A stretch of DNA of 64,000 nucleotides from an uncultured virus (IMG/VR IMGVR_UViG_3300048597_000249). Its lineage: Duplodnaviria; Heunggongvirae; Uroviricota; Caudoviricetes. Below are positions 19,078 through 29,483 of the stretch, one piece after another; position 1 is the stretch's first letter, and each line of letters opens with the position of its first letter. The stretch is taken from the IMG/VR virus record IMGVR_UViG_3300048597_000249. One strand, written 5' to 3'. The position numbers were made by a program, and so were the translations under genes. The notes beneath the pieces are model-generated. The model did not search any database. It worked only from the letters and a program-made list of their open reading frames with translations, and had not been told where the DNA came from.

Positions 19078-19797
19078 ATGATTAAGCGATTACATCTTAT
19101 TGGTTGTGGTGGTACTGGTAGCTGGTTAGCGGAACCGTTGGTGAAGTTGCTAACTTACCACAACAATGTTGATTTGCGTCAAATTTGTCTGTATGACGGC
19201 GATGTTTATGAAGAAAGTAATTTAACTCGTCAATTATTTCCTGCTAGTTATCTTGGTCAAAATAAAGCTGTTGTGACAAAATCACGACTTGTTACTAGCG
19301 GTGTTGCAATTGCAATCGAGGTATATGGAGAATATATTAACGAAGATTTAATGTTGCATTATCTCAATCGTCATTGGGAACCTGGTGCAGATTTAGTTGT
19401 TGTCGCAATTGACAATGAACATGGTCGTCACGATATTATCAATGCTTTGACAAAATATAATGGCGATTTTATTTGTTTGTTGCCAGGGAATGAATTCCGA
19501 ACTGCTACGGCAATATGGTTTGGTAAAAACAACGGTGAAATTTATCCATTACATCCATTTGATTTCGCCGATAATTACGCCAATCCGAGCGATAAACCAC
19601 GGGGTAATTGTGCTTATGAAGTTATCAGTTCACCACAATTAATCAATGCTAATTTTGCCAGTGCGTTATTATGCTTAGAGTTAACTTACGCTTTAATTAA
19701 CGGAGGTAGTTTGCCATTTTGTGTGAGTTATAACGGCGAACAATTCACACAGAGCTTCGACGGCAAATTAACGCAGTATGCGCTACAAAGCAGTTGA
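19078..19797 (+). CDS. ThiF/E1-like activating enzyme
   Basis: LIGCGGTGSWL, DGDVYEESNLTRQ, NKA, IDNEHGR, GNE and C-terminal GNC...PQLINAN. Confidence 0.92.
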   Translation: MIKRLHLIGCGGTGSWLAEPLVKLLTYHNNVDLRQICLYDGDVYEESNLTRQLFPASYLGQNKAVVTKSRLVTSGVAIAIEVYGEYINEDLMLHYLNRHWEPGADLVVVAIDNEHGRHDIINALTKYNGDFICLLPGNEFRTATAIWFGKNNGEIYPLHPFDFADNYANPSDKPRGNCAYEVISSPQLINANFASALLCLELTYALINGGSLPFCVSYNGEQFTQSFDGKLTQYALQSS

Positions 19798-20486
19798 AGA
19801 ATTACAACCAATAGAAGACTACATAATCATTAACCATCGTACCTACATGGTGGTTAATATAAGTCTTTTTCAAGACATGGTAGAGTTGGCAGTTTATGAC
19901 AAAATTGCGAGAAAACATGACACCTTTTGGTTCCCTTACAATGTAATATTAAAGATTGATGCTCGTAAAGACTACTGTTAATAATTGGAGTTTGTTATGC
20001 TGTCCGGTTGATGATGTAATTGGAATTCAGTTAACTAATGACGAGTTGATTGAAAAAAAGAAAGTGTTTGGCGATTGGGGAGGTGATGATTATTTTTATT
20101 TTGGCGATAGTGCAAGAGTTATTTATTATTTTTTTCAAACATGAAAAAGTTATTTAAAAAAGTAATTGTAAAAAGTTTAATGTTCCATCATCAAGATATT
20201 CATGAAAAATTAGAATTGTTAGAAGAATCCCAAATAGAGATAAATAATCGTTTAAAGATGATTGAAAAAATATTAATTAAACATTATGAGGATGATATGT
20301 TATGAAGAATAAAACGTTAAAACAAAGTTTAATTATGTTGATAAACGTATCTATACATCAACAATGTCATCAGTTGCATCATAAAAAATCACATCAACAT
20401 AATTTTGACGAACCTTGTCCTGTTGAAAAAGAATTGTTTGATGCGATATCTATTGTTGAGAATTTTGTAAACATGTTGTAAAAATT

Positions 20487-20741
20487 ATGTTTAGGAATAA
20501 TTATGCTAAAAAATATCTCAAAAAACTCAGAAAACAATTAGGTAACAATCCTAATCGTATTAGTTATCTTAGCGAATTACCGAAAACTATTTTTCATAAA
20601 TTAAAATACACTGACAAATTCTACAAATGTCATTGCGCATGGTGTATAGATTCAAGATTGTTGCAAGACCGTAAAACAAAAGAAATAGTTAACGATATGC
20701 TTAACGATTATGAAAATGAAAAATTAGATAAACGTTATTGA
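20487..20741 (+). CDS. Hypothetical basic protein with CxCxxC
   Basis: KCHCAWC motif. Confidence 0.55.
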   Translation: MFRNNYAKKYLKKLRKQLGNNPNRISYLSELPKTIFHKLKYTDKFYKCHCAWCIDSRLLQDRKTKEIVNDMLNDYENEKLDKRY

Positions 20742-22078
20742 AAGAATGGGTCTAAAACCCTATGCTTCAGCACGGCTTTTGTTCGGGTTTTCATACTTAC
20801 ATAATTTATGCCGGGTAGATTAGCATAAGAATAGGTCGAGAGGATTGTAACCATGATAGTTTTAGAATACAAAGTCAAAGGTAAAAAAGAACAATACGAA
20901 AGGATAAACGAAGCAATTCGTACTGCTCAATTTGTTCAAAACAAAGCTCTACGCTACTGGATGGACAATAAAGGGGTTAACAAATATGACCTCAATAAAT
21001 ATTGTGCTCAGTTAGCAAAAGAATTTACCTTTGCCAATGAACTTAATTCCATGGCAAGGCAATCTTCTGCGGAAAGAGCTTGGTCTGCGATTAGTCGATT
21101 CTTTGACAACTGTAAAAATCAAACACCTGGTAAAAAAGGGTTTCCACAATTCAAAAAGAATTGTCGTTCGGTGGAATATAAAACCACGGGATGGAAACTA
21201 CATGATCCAAAACATATTGAATTTACCGATAAGAAAAACATTGGTAAAGTTAAGCTGTTAGGAAAGTGGGATTTAGCTTTTTACACCGAAGATCAAATTA
21301 AACGAGTGCGATTAGTTAGAAAAGCTGATGGTTACTATTGTCAGTTTTGCATTAATGTTGATCGAACTGAAAACGTTGAACCTTCCGGTAAAACAATTGG
21401 TTTAGATGTAGGATTGAAAGAATTTTACACCGATTCTGATGGTAACACAGTAGATAATCCTCGATTTTTCCGCAAAAGTGAAAAAGAGATTAGAAAAGCA
21501 CAACGTTTACTGTCTCGAAAAACAAAAGGATCTAACAATCGTAAAAAAACTAGACAAACTCTTGGTAAAAAACACCTCAAAATAAGTAGGCGACGAAAAG
21601 ATTTTGCTGTAAAGTTAGCAAGATCCGTTATCCAATCTAACGATTTGGTAGCTTATGAAGATTTGCGGATTAAAAATATGACCAAAAATCATTGTTTAGC
21701 TAAGTCAATTAATGACGCAGGATGGTATCAATTCCGTATTTGGTTAGAGTATTTTGCTAAGGTTTTTGGAAAAGTTACTGTTTCTGTAAATCCTAGCGGC
21801 ACAAGCCAAAAATGTTCTAACTGTGGAACCGTAGTTAAAAAATCGCTATCTACCCGCACTCATGTTTGTCGATGTGGTTGTGTGTTAGATCGTGATCATA
21901 ATGCTGCGATTAACATCCTCCAAAAAGGACTCGGTACAACGGGGCACGTTGGAACCTTCGCACTAGATGCGATAAACGCTTCGGGAGAAATGACCACTAC
22001 TTTGGTTGGAGCAATCCTGCCAGAGCAAGTCGCTTCGTAGAAAGAAGAATCCTTCGTCTTTAGACAAGAGAGTGTCAA
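20742..22078 (+). mobile_element. IS200/IS605 (IS1341-type) TnpB-only element
   Basis: Preceded by TTGA (20738-20741); left end AAGAATGGGTCTAAAACCC...; right end GAAGAATCC..GTCTTTAGAC..GAGAGTGTCAA ending in TCAA. Confidence 0.8.
20853..22040 (+). CDS. tnpB: RNA-guided endonuclease TnpB
   Basis: GLDVGLK, AYEDL, TSQKCSNCG..CRCG zinc finger, DRDHNAAIN: intact D-E-D triad. Confidence 0.95.
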   Translation: MIVLEYKVKGKKEQYERINEAIRTAQFVQNKALRYWMDNKGVNKYDLNKYCAQLAKEFTFANELNSMARQSSAERAWSAISRFFDNCKNQTPGKKGFPQFKKNCRSVEYKTTGWKLHDPKHIEFTDKKNIGKVKLLGKWDLAFYTEDQIKRVRLVRKADGYYCQFCINVDRTENVEPSGKTIGLDVGLKEFYTDSDGNTVDNPRFFRKSEKEIRKAQRLLSRKTKGSNNRKKTRQTLGKKHLKISRRRKDFAVKLARSVIQSNDLVAYEDLRIKNMTKNHCLAKSINDAGWYQFRIWLEYFAKVFGKVTVSVNPSGTSQKCSNCGTVVKKSLSTRTHVCRCGCVLDRDHNAAINILQKGLGTTGHVGTFALDAINASGEMTTTLVGAILPEQVAS

Positions 22079-22091
22079 TAAAGAAACTAAA

Positions 22092-22247
22092 ATGAGCGAC
22101 TATACACTTTGCTGTAACGAACAATGTCCAAGTAAAAATAAATGTTGGCGATATATGACAAAAAATATTAATAAAATTCGACAAAGTTATTTCTCGCCAG
22201 AATTAAAAAAGGGCGAATATAAGTGCGAATATTTTATTGAAAATTAA
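22092..22247 (+). CDS. Small Cys-rich phage protein (not in ORF track)
   Basis: MSDYTLCCNEQCPSKNKCWRY...QSYF...CEYF, 51 aa. Confidence 0.6.
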   Translation: MSDYTLCCNEQCPSKNKCWRYMTKNINKIRQSYFSPELKKGEYKCEYFIEN

Positions 22248-22249
22248 TT

Positions 22250-23785
22250 ATGAGTTTTTTAACAGTTGATTGTTTGCGAGATTTTGCGTTTGGTCGTAGT
22301 CATGAAATAAATTTAAATGATGTAAATGAAATTATTTTTCCTGAATTATTAAAGGAAGAAACAAGTAATAGTCATATTCTTAAAAGCAATCCTTCATCAT
22401 ATATTTCTAAGTCTGGTGTAACTTATTTTCAAAATAGTAAAGATTATTGTTGGTGGCGCAATTTACGTTTCGGCGTAATCGACATTATTGTTAACTACAC
22501 CAATAAAACTGTTATTTGTAAAACAGTAACTAAAAATAATAAAACATTAACTGAGTTGTATATTTCCGGCGACAAAATAATTTTTCGAGATTGCAAACAC
22601 AATGTTTATTTACAAGGTTTTCGTGTACTTAATCGATTTATTGCAACTATTGATAGGTTAGATTATAGATCTACAACGCCTATATTAATGTCAGCAGTTC
22701 GTCACGATTTTAAAAACAATTTTGAAAAAGCGTTGTGTGAAATATTTGGCGATACTAATATTTTTAAAATTTATCACCCCTTGGTTGAAAAAATAAATGA
22801 TGTCGATATTTACAATTCTATTAATGTTGGTATTAATTCTAAAAACAAAATATGGGGAATATTAAAAACAACAACTAGACTGAAAGATCTGACATATATT
22901 ATTTTTCAAACTCGTGGAAATAAATATACAAAAATCGTACAAGAATTATTACAACATCGTAAATATGGAACTTTATTAAGTGTTTGTTATCGTCTTGTTA
23001 ATTGGTTCGGCGTAAAAAAAGAAACAATTGCGGATAATTTACATTACATATTTGACTCTTATGACAGTTTTGTAAGCGGTGATAAATATTGGCGAAATTT
23101 ATCGTATATGGTCAGTAAATTCCACCTCGAAAAAGATTGGGACTATTTATTAGATTCTTTGTATATTATCAAGAGTCTTTCTAAATGTATTAACTTTAGA
23201 AAACACCGCAAAGAATTTAAAAAACATAATTTATCAATGAGAGAAGTTCATGATATTTTATCAATTGTACATACTCGTAATACAAATTGTGTTTATTATA
23301 AATTGCCGCAATACCCTGAATTAGAAACTACTTTAGAATCTGGTTGGAAAGTTGTTATACCAAAAACCACCCATGATTTAATTAACTGGGGTAATTATAA
23401 TTGTTTTTGTATTGGTTCTTATGACAGAAAAGTTGCCTATGGTCAATCTTTAATTTTAGGATTATTCAAAGATAAACAGTTAATTTGCGCCGAATTTAAC
23501 CAGATAGATTTTTACGAAAGCCCACAAGATTTACTTAATTTACACAGCACAAGTAGATTAAAATTAGGTCAAATTAAAGGTAAGTATAATAAACAAGTAG
23601 ATAATGTTATTATTTCAGAATTAATTAATTGGGTTAGCAACAAACAGCATTTAACATTAAAACAACCCGATAACATTGACGACTTATTTTTGTTTAAAAA
23701 TGACAACCATGATGATATAAACTTGCTGTTATTAGACATTCTTAATACCAGATTTATCGGCGTGAACCAGGCGGAGGTAGTATAA
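22250..23785 (+). CDS. PcfJ-like domain protein
   Basis: C-terminal HD..S...PKTTHDLINWGNYNCFCIGSY...QIKGKYN. Confidence 0.65.
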   Translation: MSFLTVDCLRDFAFGRSHEINLNDVNEIIFPELLKEETSNSHILKSNPSSYISKSGVTYFQNSKDYCWWRNLRFGVIDIIVNYTNKTVICKTVTKNNKTLTELYISGDKIIFRDCKHNVYLQGFRVLNRFIATIDRLDYRSTTPILMSAVRHDFKNNFEKALCEIFGDTNIFKIYHPLVEKINDVDIYNSINVGINSKNKIWGILKTTTRLKDLTYIIFQTRGNKYTKIVQELLQHRKYGTLLSVCYRLVNWFGVKKETIADNLHYIFDSYDSFVSGDKYWRNLSYMVSKFHLEKDWDYLLDSLYIIKSLSKCINFRKHRKEFKKHNLSMREVHDILSIVHTRNTNCVYYKLPQYPELETTLESGWKVVIPKTTHDLINWGNYNCFCIGSYDRKVAYGQSLILGLFKDKQLICAEFNQIDFYESPQDLLNLHSTSRLKLGQIKGKYNKQVDNVIISELINWVSNKQHLTLKQPDNIDDLFLFKNDNHDDINLLLLDILNTRFIGVNQAEVV

Positions 23786-24071
23786 AGCCTGGATAAATAG
23801 TTTGTTGTTTGCTGATAAATCTAAAATATTGGCGCACAATTTCTTTTTCAACTCCGTCCAAATGTTCCAACACTGGTAACACTTCCTGGGTGATATATTC
23901 TACCAAAACCAATCTCGACATAATATCTCCCTTTTCTTCTTGTTCGCGCAATAATTTTTTCACATTTCTTTCACGAGTCGAAAAATCCCATTCGTCATGT
24001 TTCTTTTTAACACGATGATATTTTTCATACAGATCTTCAATTTGTCGTCTGGTCGCTAGTTTAAAATCCAT
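23754..24071 (-). CDS. Hypothetical protein (isolated minus-strand gene)
   Basis: ORF track 23754-24095; probable start MDFKLATRRQ; charged helical composition. Confidence 0.5.
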   Translation of the reverse strand: MDFKLATRRQIEDLYEKYHRVKKKHDEWDFSTRERNVKKLLREQEEKGDIMSRLVLVEYITQEVLPVLEHLDGVEKEIVRQYFRFISKQQTIYPGFILPPPGSRR

Positions 24072-24117
24072 AGGGGCTGCGCATCTTACACGCATATTGT
24101 CCTAATTAACAATCATT

Positions 24118-24501
24118 ATGTTAACTCAAGATTTTCTCACTGTTCAAGAACAAGTTCAAGAAGCTCTCTATGGTTATCTTGATGCGGCACTAACGTTTAC
24201 ACAATACAACGAAAGTATGGTATTTGCAGCAATTTATGATATTGTTGATTTTGATGACAATGATACTGCTGAAGTTTTTGTACAACTCGCCGATTTTGTT
24301 GAGAAATTCCGTAGTATTGTGAAAAATCAATCGTATGACATGACTTCTGTAGGGGGTGATTTTTGGTTAAGTCGTAATGGGATGGGCGAAGGGTTCGCAA
24401 GCCCTGTTTACGGAGGGTTTAGTGATGTTTTAGATGTGTTGGCGAAATCTTACGGTCGGCAAAATATTGTCGAAGTAAGTGGAAGATTAAAACTTTGTTA
24501 A
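24118..24501 (+). CDS. Conserved hypothetical phage protein
   Basis: GGDFWLSRNGMGEGF (G-H-D-F-W-L-T-R-N-G-H-G family-like). Confidence 0.65.
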   Translation: MLTQDFLTVQEQVQEALYGYLDAALTFTQYNESMVFAAIYDIVDFDDNDTAEVFVQLADFVEKFRSIVKNQSYDMTSVGGDFWLSRNGMGEGFASPVYGGFSDVLDVLAKSYGRQNIVEVSGRLKLC

Positions 24502-25454
24502 AAATTGTTACTTTGGGAACCTTTTGACTGCTTAAGTGTTGTAAGCTATAACAGCATTGAGGGTGCGGCTCAATTTAAAAACGCATAATCTCTATCTCTA
24601 ATCGTTCTTTACTTTTTTCTAATCATGAATATTTATACGTCTGTCAAAGATGAATTAGAAGTAGTTCGTCTTGTCAAAAATTCACCGTACACTGAGATTT
24701 ATCAAGATGGTGAATATTTTCGTGCCAACTTATACGACGGAACGGTGACTCTGGCTAAAACAATGGATGAATTGCGGCAAAAACTGCGATTTATCGCCGA
24801 AACGGAGGTGCAGTAATGTTTGAAGTTGTTGTTGAATTTTTCAATAAAAAAGATGGTGCGTTTGCTGGAATGATGAGGACAGCATTACCATATTATTTTT
24901 ATAATGGTAGCGAAATTATCACAGATATCAGTAGCGCATCGCTTCGCAAAATGATTCCATCTCTACCCCACGAAGTACATTTTTTAGTACGAGTAGCAGA
25001 ATAATGACGACTAAAGATTATTACGAATTTTTTGTAGCACCATATTTACCACAATCGATGACCTATGAGCAGTATTGCAAAAACATCACTCAGAGCGAAA
25101 ATTCGGTATCGTCCTGGCTTTGTTTACCAGGGGGTGCAATATCCGGCGACTTGGGTAAAATGCGTTTCGTTGTCTAGTAATTTTCAGCAGGAAGAACGCC
25201 ATACGCCAACGGTTTGGCAAAGGTTGTTGTTTTTCTGTTTTCTGTAAAAAAAAATTAGGACTACGTAGCTCATACACGCACGTAGTCCCCTCTAATCGTT
25301 CTTTTTCAGACTTATTATGTCTGAGTTTAGCTTAACATGCGGGTTTGAGATCGCCAACAGGTACTAACCGACCCAAAAACTGATGTTCATTCGCGCAAAT
25401 TTTGCTGTACAATAAACGCTCGTAGTTCCTTCTAATCGTTTTAATTTTTTAATC

Positions 25455-25922
25455 ATGTCTAACACCATCGAGATTCTGACCGCAAAGTTTGAAAACAAAG
25501 AAATCACTCGTGAAGAATTTATTGCCGAAATGGGTAAACTTGCAGCTAAACCAGCAGTTAGTGCCGATAACCACAATGACGCGTATAACTACGTTCTAGA
25601 AGCATTAAACGCTCATAAACAACCAGATCCCCGTGTATTGATCGACTTATTAGGGTTATTGCTTACTAAGGTTGAATCGACAACAGGTTATACGCCGAAT
25701 CATAAAACATTTGAGCGTTATAATCTGACGACATTGGAAGAAGTATTGGCGCTTGTTTCAGTGTTAAAAAAACCCGATGTAATTTTTCCAACACGTAAAC
25801 GGAGCAAAATGAAATACAGTTATGGTGACAAAACCGGACTAGGTATAAATGCTTATATCTTCGAGTATTTGTTTAATGCGACCCCTGACCGACAGGTTGT
25901 GTTGGACGAGAATGATTTTTAA
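25455..25922 (+). CDS. Hypothetical protein
   Basis: 155-aa ORF with TCTAATCGTT leader. Confidence 0.6.
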   Translation: MSNTIEILTAKFENKEITREEFIAEMGKLAAKPAVSADNHNDAYNYVLEALNAHKQPDPRVLIDLLGLLLTKVESTTGYTPNHKTFERYNLTTLEEVLALVSVLKKPDVIFPTRKRSKMKYSYGDKTGLGINAYIFEYLFNATPDRQVVLDENDF

Positions 25923-26143
25923 ACTGTTGGCGTAATGTATCGGGGGTGTATTACGCACCCCTTTTTGAAAAAATAATTAGTGTTAAAATATTTTTACGGT
26001 CGCAGGATTAAATGTTCGAGCATCTAACCCCGCATTACCAAACCGTAGCCATCGAAAACACCGATGACAATTAGAATATTAAGTTATTTCTGATCAAAAG
26101 TGCAAGTAGTGGTGAAGTAGTTAATAAATTTTGAAGTTAAATA

Positions 26144-27025
26144 ATGATTAGTGTTTATAAATTTAAAGAAAACAATGTTCGTATTATTACTATTGATGAT
26201 GTAATTTGGTTTGTTGCAATAGATGTTGGCGACAGCTTGGGTTACGCCGACCCTAGTATGATGCTCAAACATGTTGATGACATAGACAAACAAACCATTA
26301 ATCCCCATAAATTAGACCCCGTTTCAGCGACGGAAACCTTTGGTAGCAACACTTTCAGAGTGTCTGTTATTAACGAATCTGGTTTATATGCGGCGATTTT
26401 CGGTAGCTCCAAGAGTCAAGCTAAAGACTTTAAAAAATGGGTAACTTCAGAAGTATTACCATCTGTACGCAAGACAGGTGTTTATGGTCTTCAAAATTTA
26501 TCTAAGTTAGATATTTTAGAAATGGCGTTAGAGTCAGAAAAAAATTATCTTGCTGAACAAAAAGCACGACAACTTGCTGAACAACACGCTAAGTTATTAC
26601 AAGGGGTTGCTACCGAATTACGTCAAGAAGTAGAGCATCTTGAAGAAGTGATTGAAGAAGAAGCACATCTTGTACATCTTTCGCAAACACTTACGGTAAG
26701 GGATAAAGATGTCGTCACTATTGGTGAATTATCGCAGTCTTACCAAGTAGTTAATTATGAAGGACGAAATAAATTCTTCCGATTATTGCGGGAAATCAAA
26801 TTCCTTCAACAAAACGTTAATCGCCCATATCAGACTCACATTGATGCTGGTCGTGCTGAAGTGTATCGCAAAGAACGTGATAATCAGCCAGGTATTTTCG
26901 ACCCTGTGACGGTTGTTACGGCAAAAGGACAAGAATATTTGGCGAAGAAAATTCGTGAGTTTGAGTTATACAATCGAGTCGAAGGACAAGTTGAACGTAT
27001 TGCGCTAGCTCCTGGTGATTTTTAG
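26144..27025 (+). CDS. Bro-N / antirepressor (KilAC-like C-terminus) protein
   Basis: WFVAIDV...INESGLYAAIFGS...FKKWVTSEVLPSVRKTG; C-terminal GRNKFFRLLR...PYQ...VTAKGQ. Confidence 0.88.
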   Translation: MISVYKFKENNVRIITIDDVIWFVAIDVGDSLGYADPSMMLKHVDDIDKQTINPHKLDPVSATETFGSNTFRVSVINESGLYAAIFGSSKSQAKDFKKWVTSEVLPSVRKTGVYGLQNLSKLDILEMALESEKNYLAEQKARQLAEQHAKLLQGVATELRQEVEHLEEVIEEEAHLVHLSQTLTVRDKDVVTIGELSQSYQVVNYEGRNKFFRLLREIKFLQQNVNRPYQTHIDAGRAEVYRKERDNQPGIFDPVTVVTAKGQEYLAKKIREFELYNRVEGQVERIALAPGDF

Positions 27026-27355
27026 TTTTTTGTAATTCAATTAATTTCGGCGCAAGTTGTAATAATTTTGCGCCTAATATCTTTTTTTCAACAAAATTAT
27101 GAAAAAATACGTACCAGAAATTAAATTTAAAACCACCTATTATATATCTTTTAATTTCACCGTAGAAATTGATGACGATGAAGGTAATAAATACGATACG
27201 TTGTTAGCACTGCAAGAACTGGAATATATTTTAAAACATGAAAATCCAACAACTATCTTACAGCGCTTTGAAGTAGTGGAGTCTGATACTGAGGAATATG
27301 AAGACAAACCAGATTGGGACATGCTTCCAGGTGGAAAAAATTATGACTAGTTATT

Positions 27356-28438
27356 ATGAAAAATGTCGCAATAATAAATAAAGAATTAGTTATAGCTAAC
27401 ATTGACAATAATTTAATTAACATAATTATCGAATTATGCGAAGTTAAATCTTGTTATGATTGTTTTTTCAACAAAGATAAATGGTTTACTTTATTACAAC
27501 ATTTAATTAAATACGATGATGTAAATAAATCTTTTAATAACGCAGATAAAACTAAATTTTATTTATATGGTACCGAATGGTTTGATTACTTTCGAGTTCG
27601 ACGTAATCAAATTGTTCCTTATAATTTGCGCCAAAATGATTTATTACAATCTTGTGTAAATTTCTCACCACAACTTTTATTTAATTATTTTGTTAAATAT
27701 AACTCTGTTCGTAAACATGTTAAAAACAGATTAGACATTATTCGCAATTATCCTAATGTATTTTTAAATGTTGTTTTAGCGCAAAATCTGGCAAACATAG
27801 ATGACGATTTACCAAAAGGTTGGGTAGATAATTTGCCAAAATTAAATAGTTATTTAGATAATTATTATTTAAAATATTTTAGCAATAATAAATTTAGCGA
27901 AAAAATAACAACTACTCGTACAATAAATAATTATGTAAAAAAATACGGTAAATTATTTTTTGACATATTAAATTGCGAGCGAGTTGATTTAAATGATAAC
28001 GAAGATGTTGAAAATAAAGTATTCAATTATCTTCGGCGCAATAATAAACTAATCGTCGAACCTATACCGTTAGTTGAAAATTATATTGGCGGTTGGAAAG
28101 TACACGAACTAGTCACTAATCTTTTTTTCATCCAAGAATCAGAATTTCAAAATCACTGTATTGGTCGAGGTGATTTCTACATTAATCAGGTAAAAGGTGG
28201 TAATTTAAGAGCATTTTCTTTTCGCAAGAAAGTAGGTGACAAAGAGTGGCGATATACGGTAACATATAGCAAAAGTGGTAATAGATGGGAGGTAGAGCAA
28301 CACAACGGTTTTAATAATCGTGATAAAAGTAGATTGTTTGACGAATATGATTTAAAATGTTTGGAAGTAAACATAGAACGTGTTAAAAAAGAATTAGATA
28401 AATATCAAATCAAACAGGGTAAAGAAAAGTTTTTCTAA
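27356..28438 (+). CDS. PcfJ-like domain protein
   Basis: ESEFQNHCIG...Y...FSFR...YTV...QHNGFNN. Confidence 0.6.
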   Translation: MKNVAIINKELVIANIDNNLINIIIELCEVKSCYDCFFNKDKWFTLLQHLIKYDDVNKSFNNADKTKFYLYGTEWFDYFRVRRNQIVPYNLRQNDLLQSCVNFSPQLLFNYFVKYNSVRKHVKNRLDIIRNYPNVFLNVVLAQNLANIDDDLPKGWVDNLPKLNSYLDNYYLKYFSNNKFSEKITTTRTINNYVKKYGKLFFDILNCERVDLNDNEDVENKVFNYLRRNNKLIVEPIPLVENYIGGWKVHELVTNLFFIQESEFQNHCIGRGDFYINQVKGGNLRAFSFRKKVGDKEWRYTVTYSKSGNRWEVEQHNGFNNRDKSRLFDEYDLKCLEVNIERVKKELDKYQIKQGKEKFF

Positions 28439-28727
28439 ATGTACAGTTTTTATAAGAGGCAACAGGTTTATAAATTAATTAATGGCAAAATTGAAAAAAA
28501 TTACAGAAATGGTTCGCCAAAAGTTTATACTGTGGAATTTGTTGATAAAAATGGAATAAAACTATATGACGTACCTTATGTCTATTTTAATAATTCTGGT
28601 TATGTTGAAAATATTGATGTGCGAAAATGTCCTGTTATCGTCGTAAATGAACGCACAAAAACTGGTAACAGAAACCTTTGGCACACTTGGAATAATGCTT
28701 GTATTAAACCACTAGAGGAATATATTT

Positions 28728-29483
28728 ATGGTTGCGCGTAATGGTAATGGAAAAGCTGTAACACCGGAAGAAATTATTATGGCGGAAAAACAAAAAGAAA
28801 TTATTGAAACTGAAAAAGAACATCTTGGTGATATTGAAAAACAAACTGGTATTTATGCGCCGGATATCGAAAAAGTAAAAAAAGAAATGGAAAAATCTAT
28901 TGTTATTGAGGTTGAGCCAATAACTATTTATGATGAATTAAATCGTATTCAAAAATATTTACGTGCTCCAAAAAATCAAGTTAATAAATTTGGCGGTTAT
29001 AAATACCGTAATTTAGAAGATATCTTAGAAGCATTTAAGATTGTTCAAGGGGATACTTCGATTGTTATTAGTGATGAAATTGTTAATATCGGTGACCGTT
29101 TCTATGTAAAAGCTACTGCTACACTTTATTACAAAGGTGAGTCAATATCCAACACAGCATACGCACGAGAAGCTTTGACTAAAAAGGGTATGGATGATTC
29201 GCAACTAACTGGGGCAACATCTAGCTATGCCCGAAAATATGCGCTAAATGGTTTGTTCAGTATTGATGACAGTAAAGATGCTGATTTCATGGATAATACG
29301 CAAAATAATACCACTAGTAAAAAAGATGAAGATGAGTTATTAAAAAAGTTTGAAGAATTATATGGTGCTTGCGAGACTTTAGAAGATTTGAAAAAAGCTT
29401 GGGAACATACACCAAGTAACTTACAAGCTAAGGTAAAACATCTTAAAGATAAGCGCAAAACCGAATTAGATAAAAAACAATAG
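28728..29483 (+). CDS. ERF family single-strand annealing protein
   Basis: APKNQVNKFGGYKYRNLEDILEA...GMDDSQLTGATSSYARKYALNGLFSIDD. Confidence 0.9.
   Translation: MVARNGNGKAVTPEEIIMAEKQKEIIETEKEHLGDIEKQTGIYAPDIEKVKKEMEKSIVIEVEPITIYDELNRIQKYLRAPKNQVNKFGGYKYRNLEDILEAFKIVQGDTSIVISDEIVNIGDRFYVKATATLYYKGESISNTAYAREALTKKGMDDSQLTGATSSYARKYALNGLFSIDDSKDADFMDNTQNNTTSKKDEDELLKKFEELYGACETLEDLKKAWEHTPSNLQAKVKHLKDKRKTELDKKQ

Noticed and set aside
19078..19797. ThiF/MoeB for thiamine or molybdopterin synthesis
   Set aside because: No thiG, thiS-pathway or moa genes nearby; neighbours are E2 and JAB, and the MoeB zinc CxxC pairs are absent
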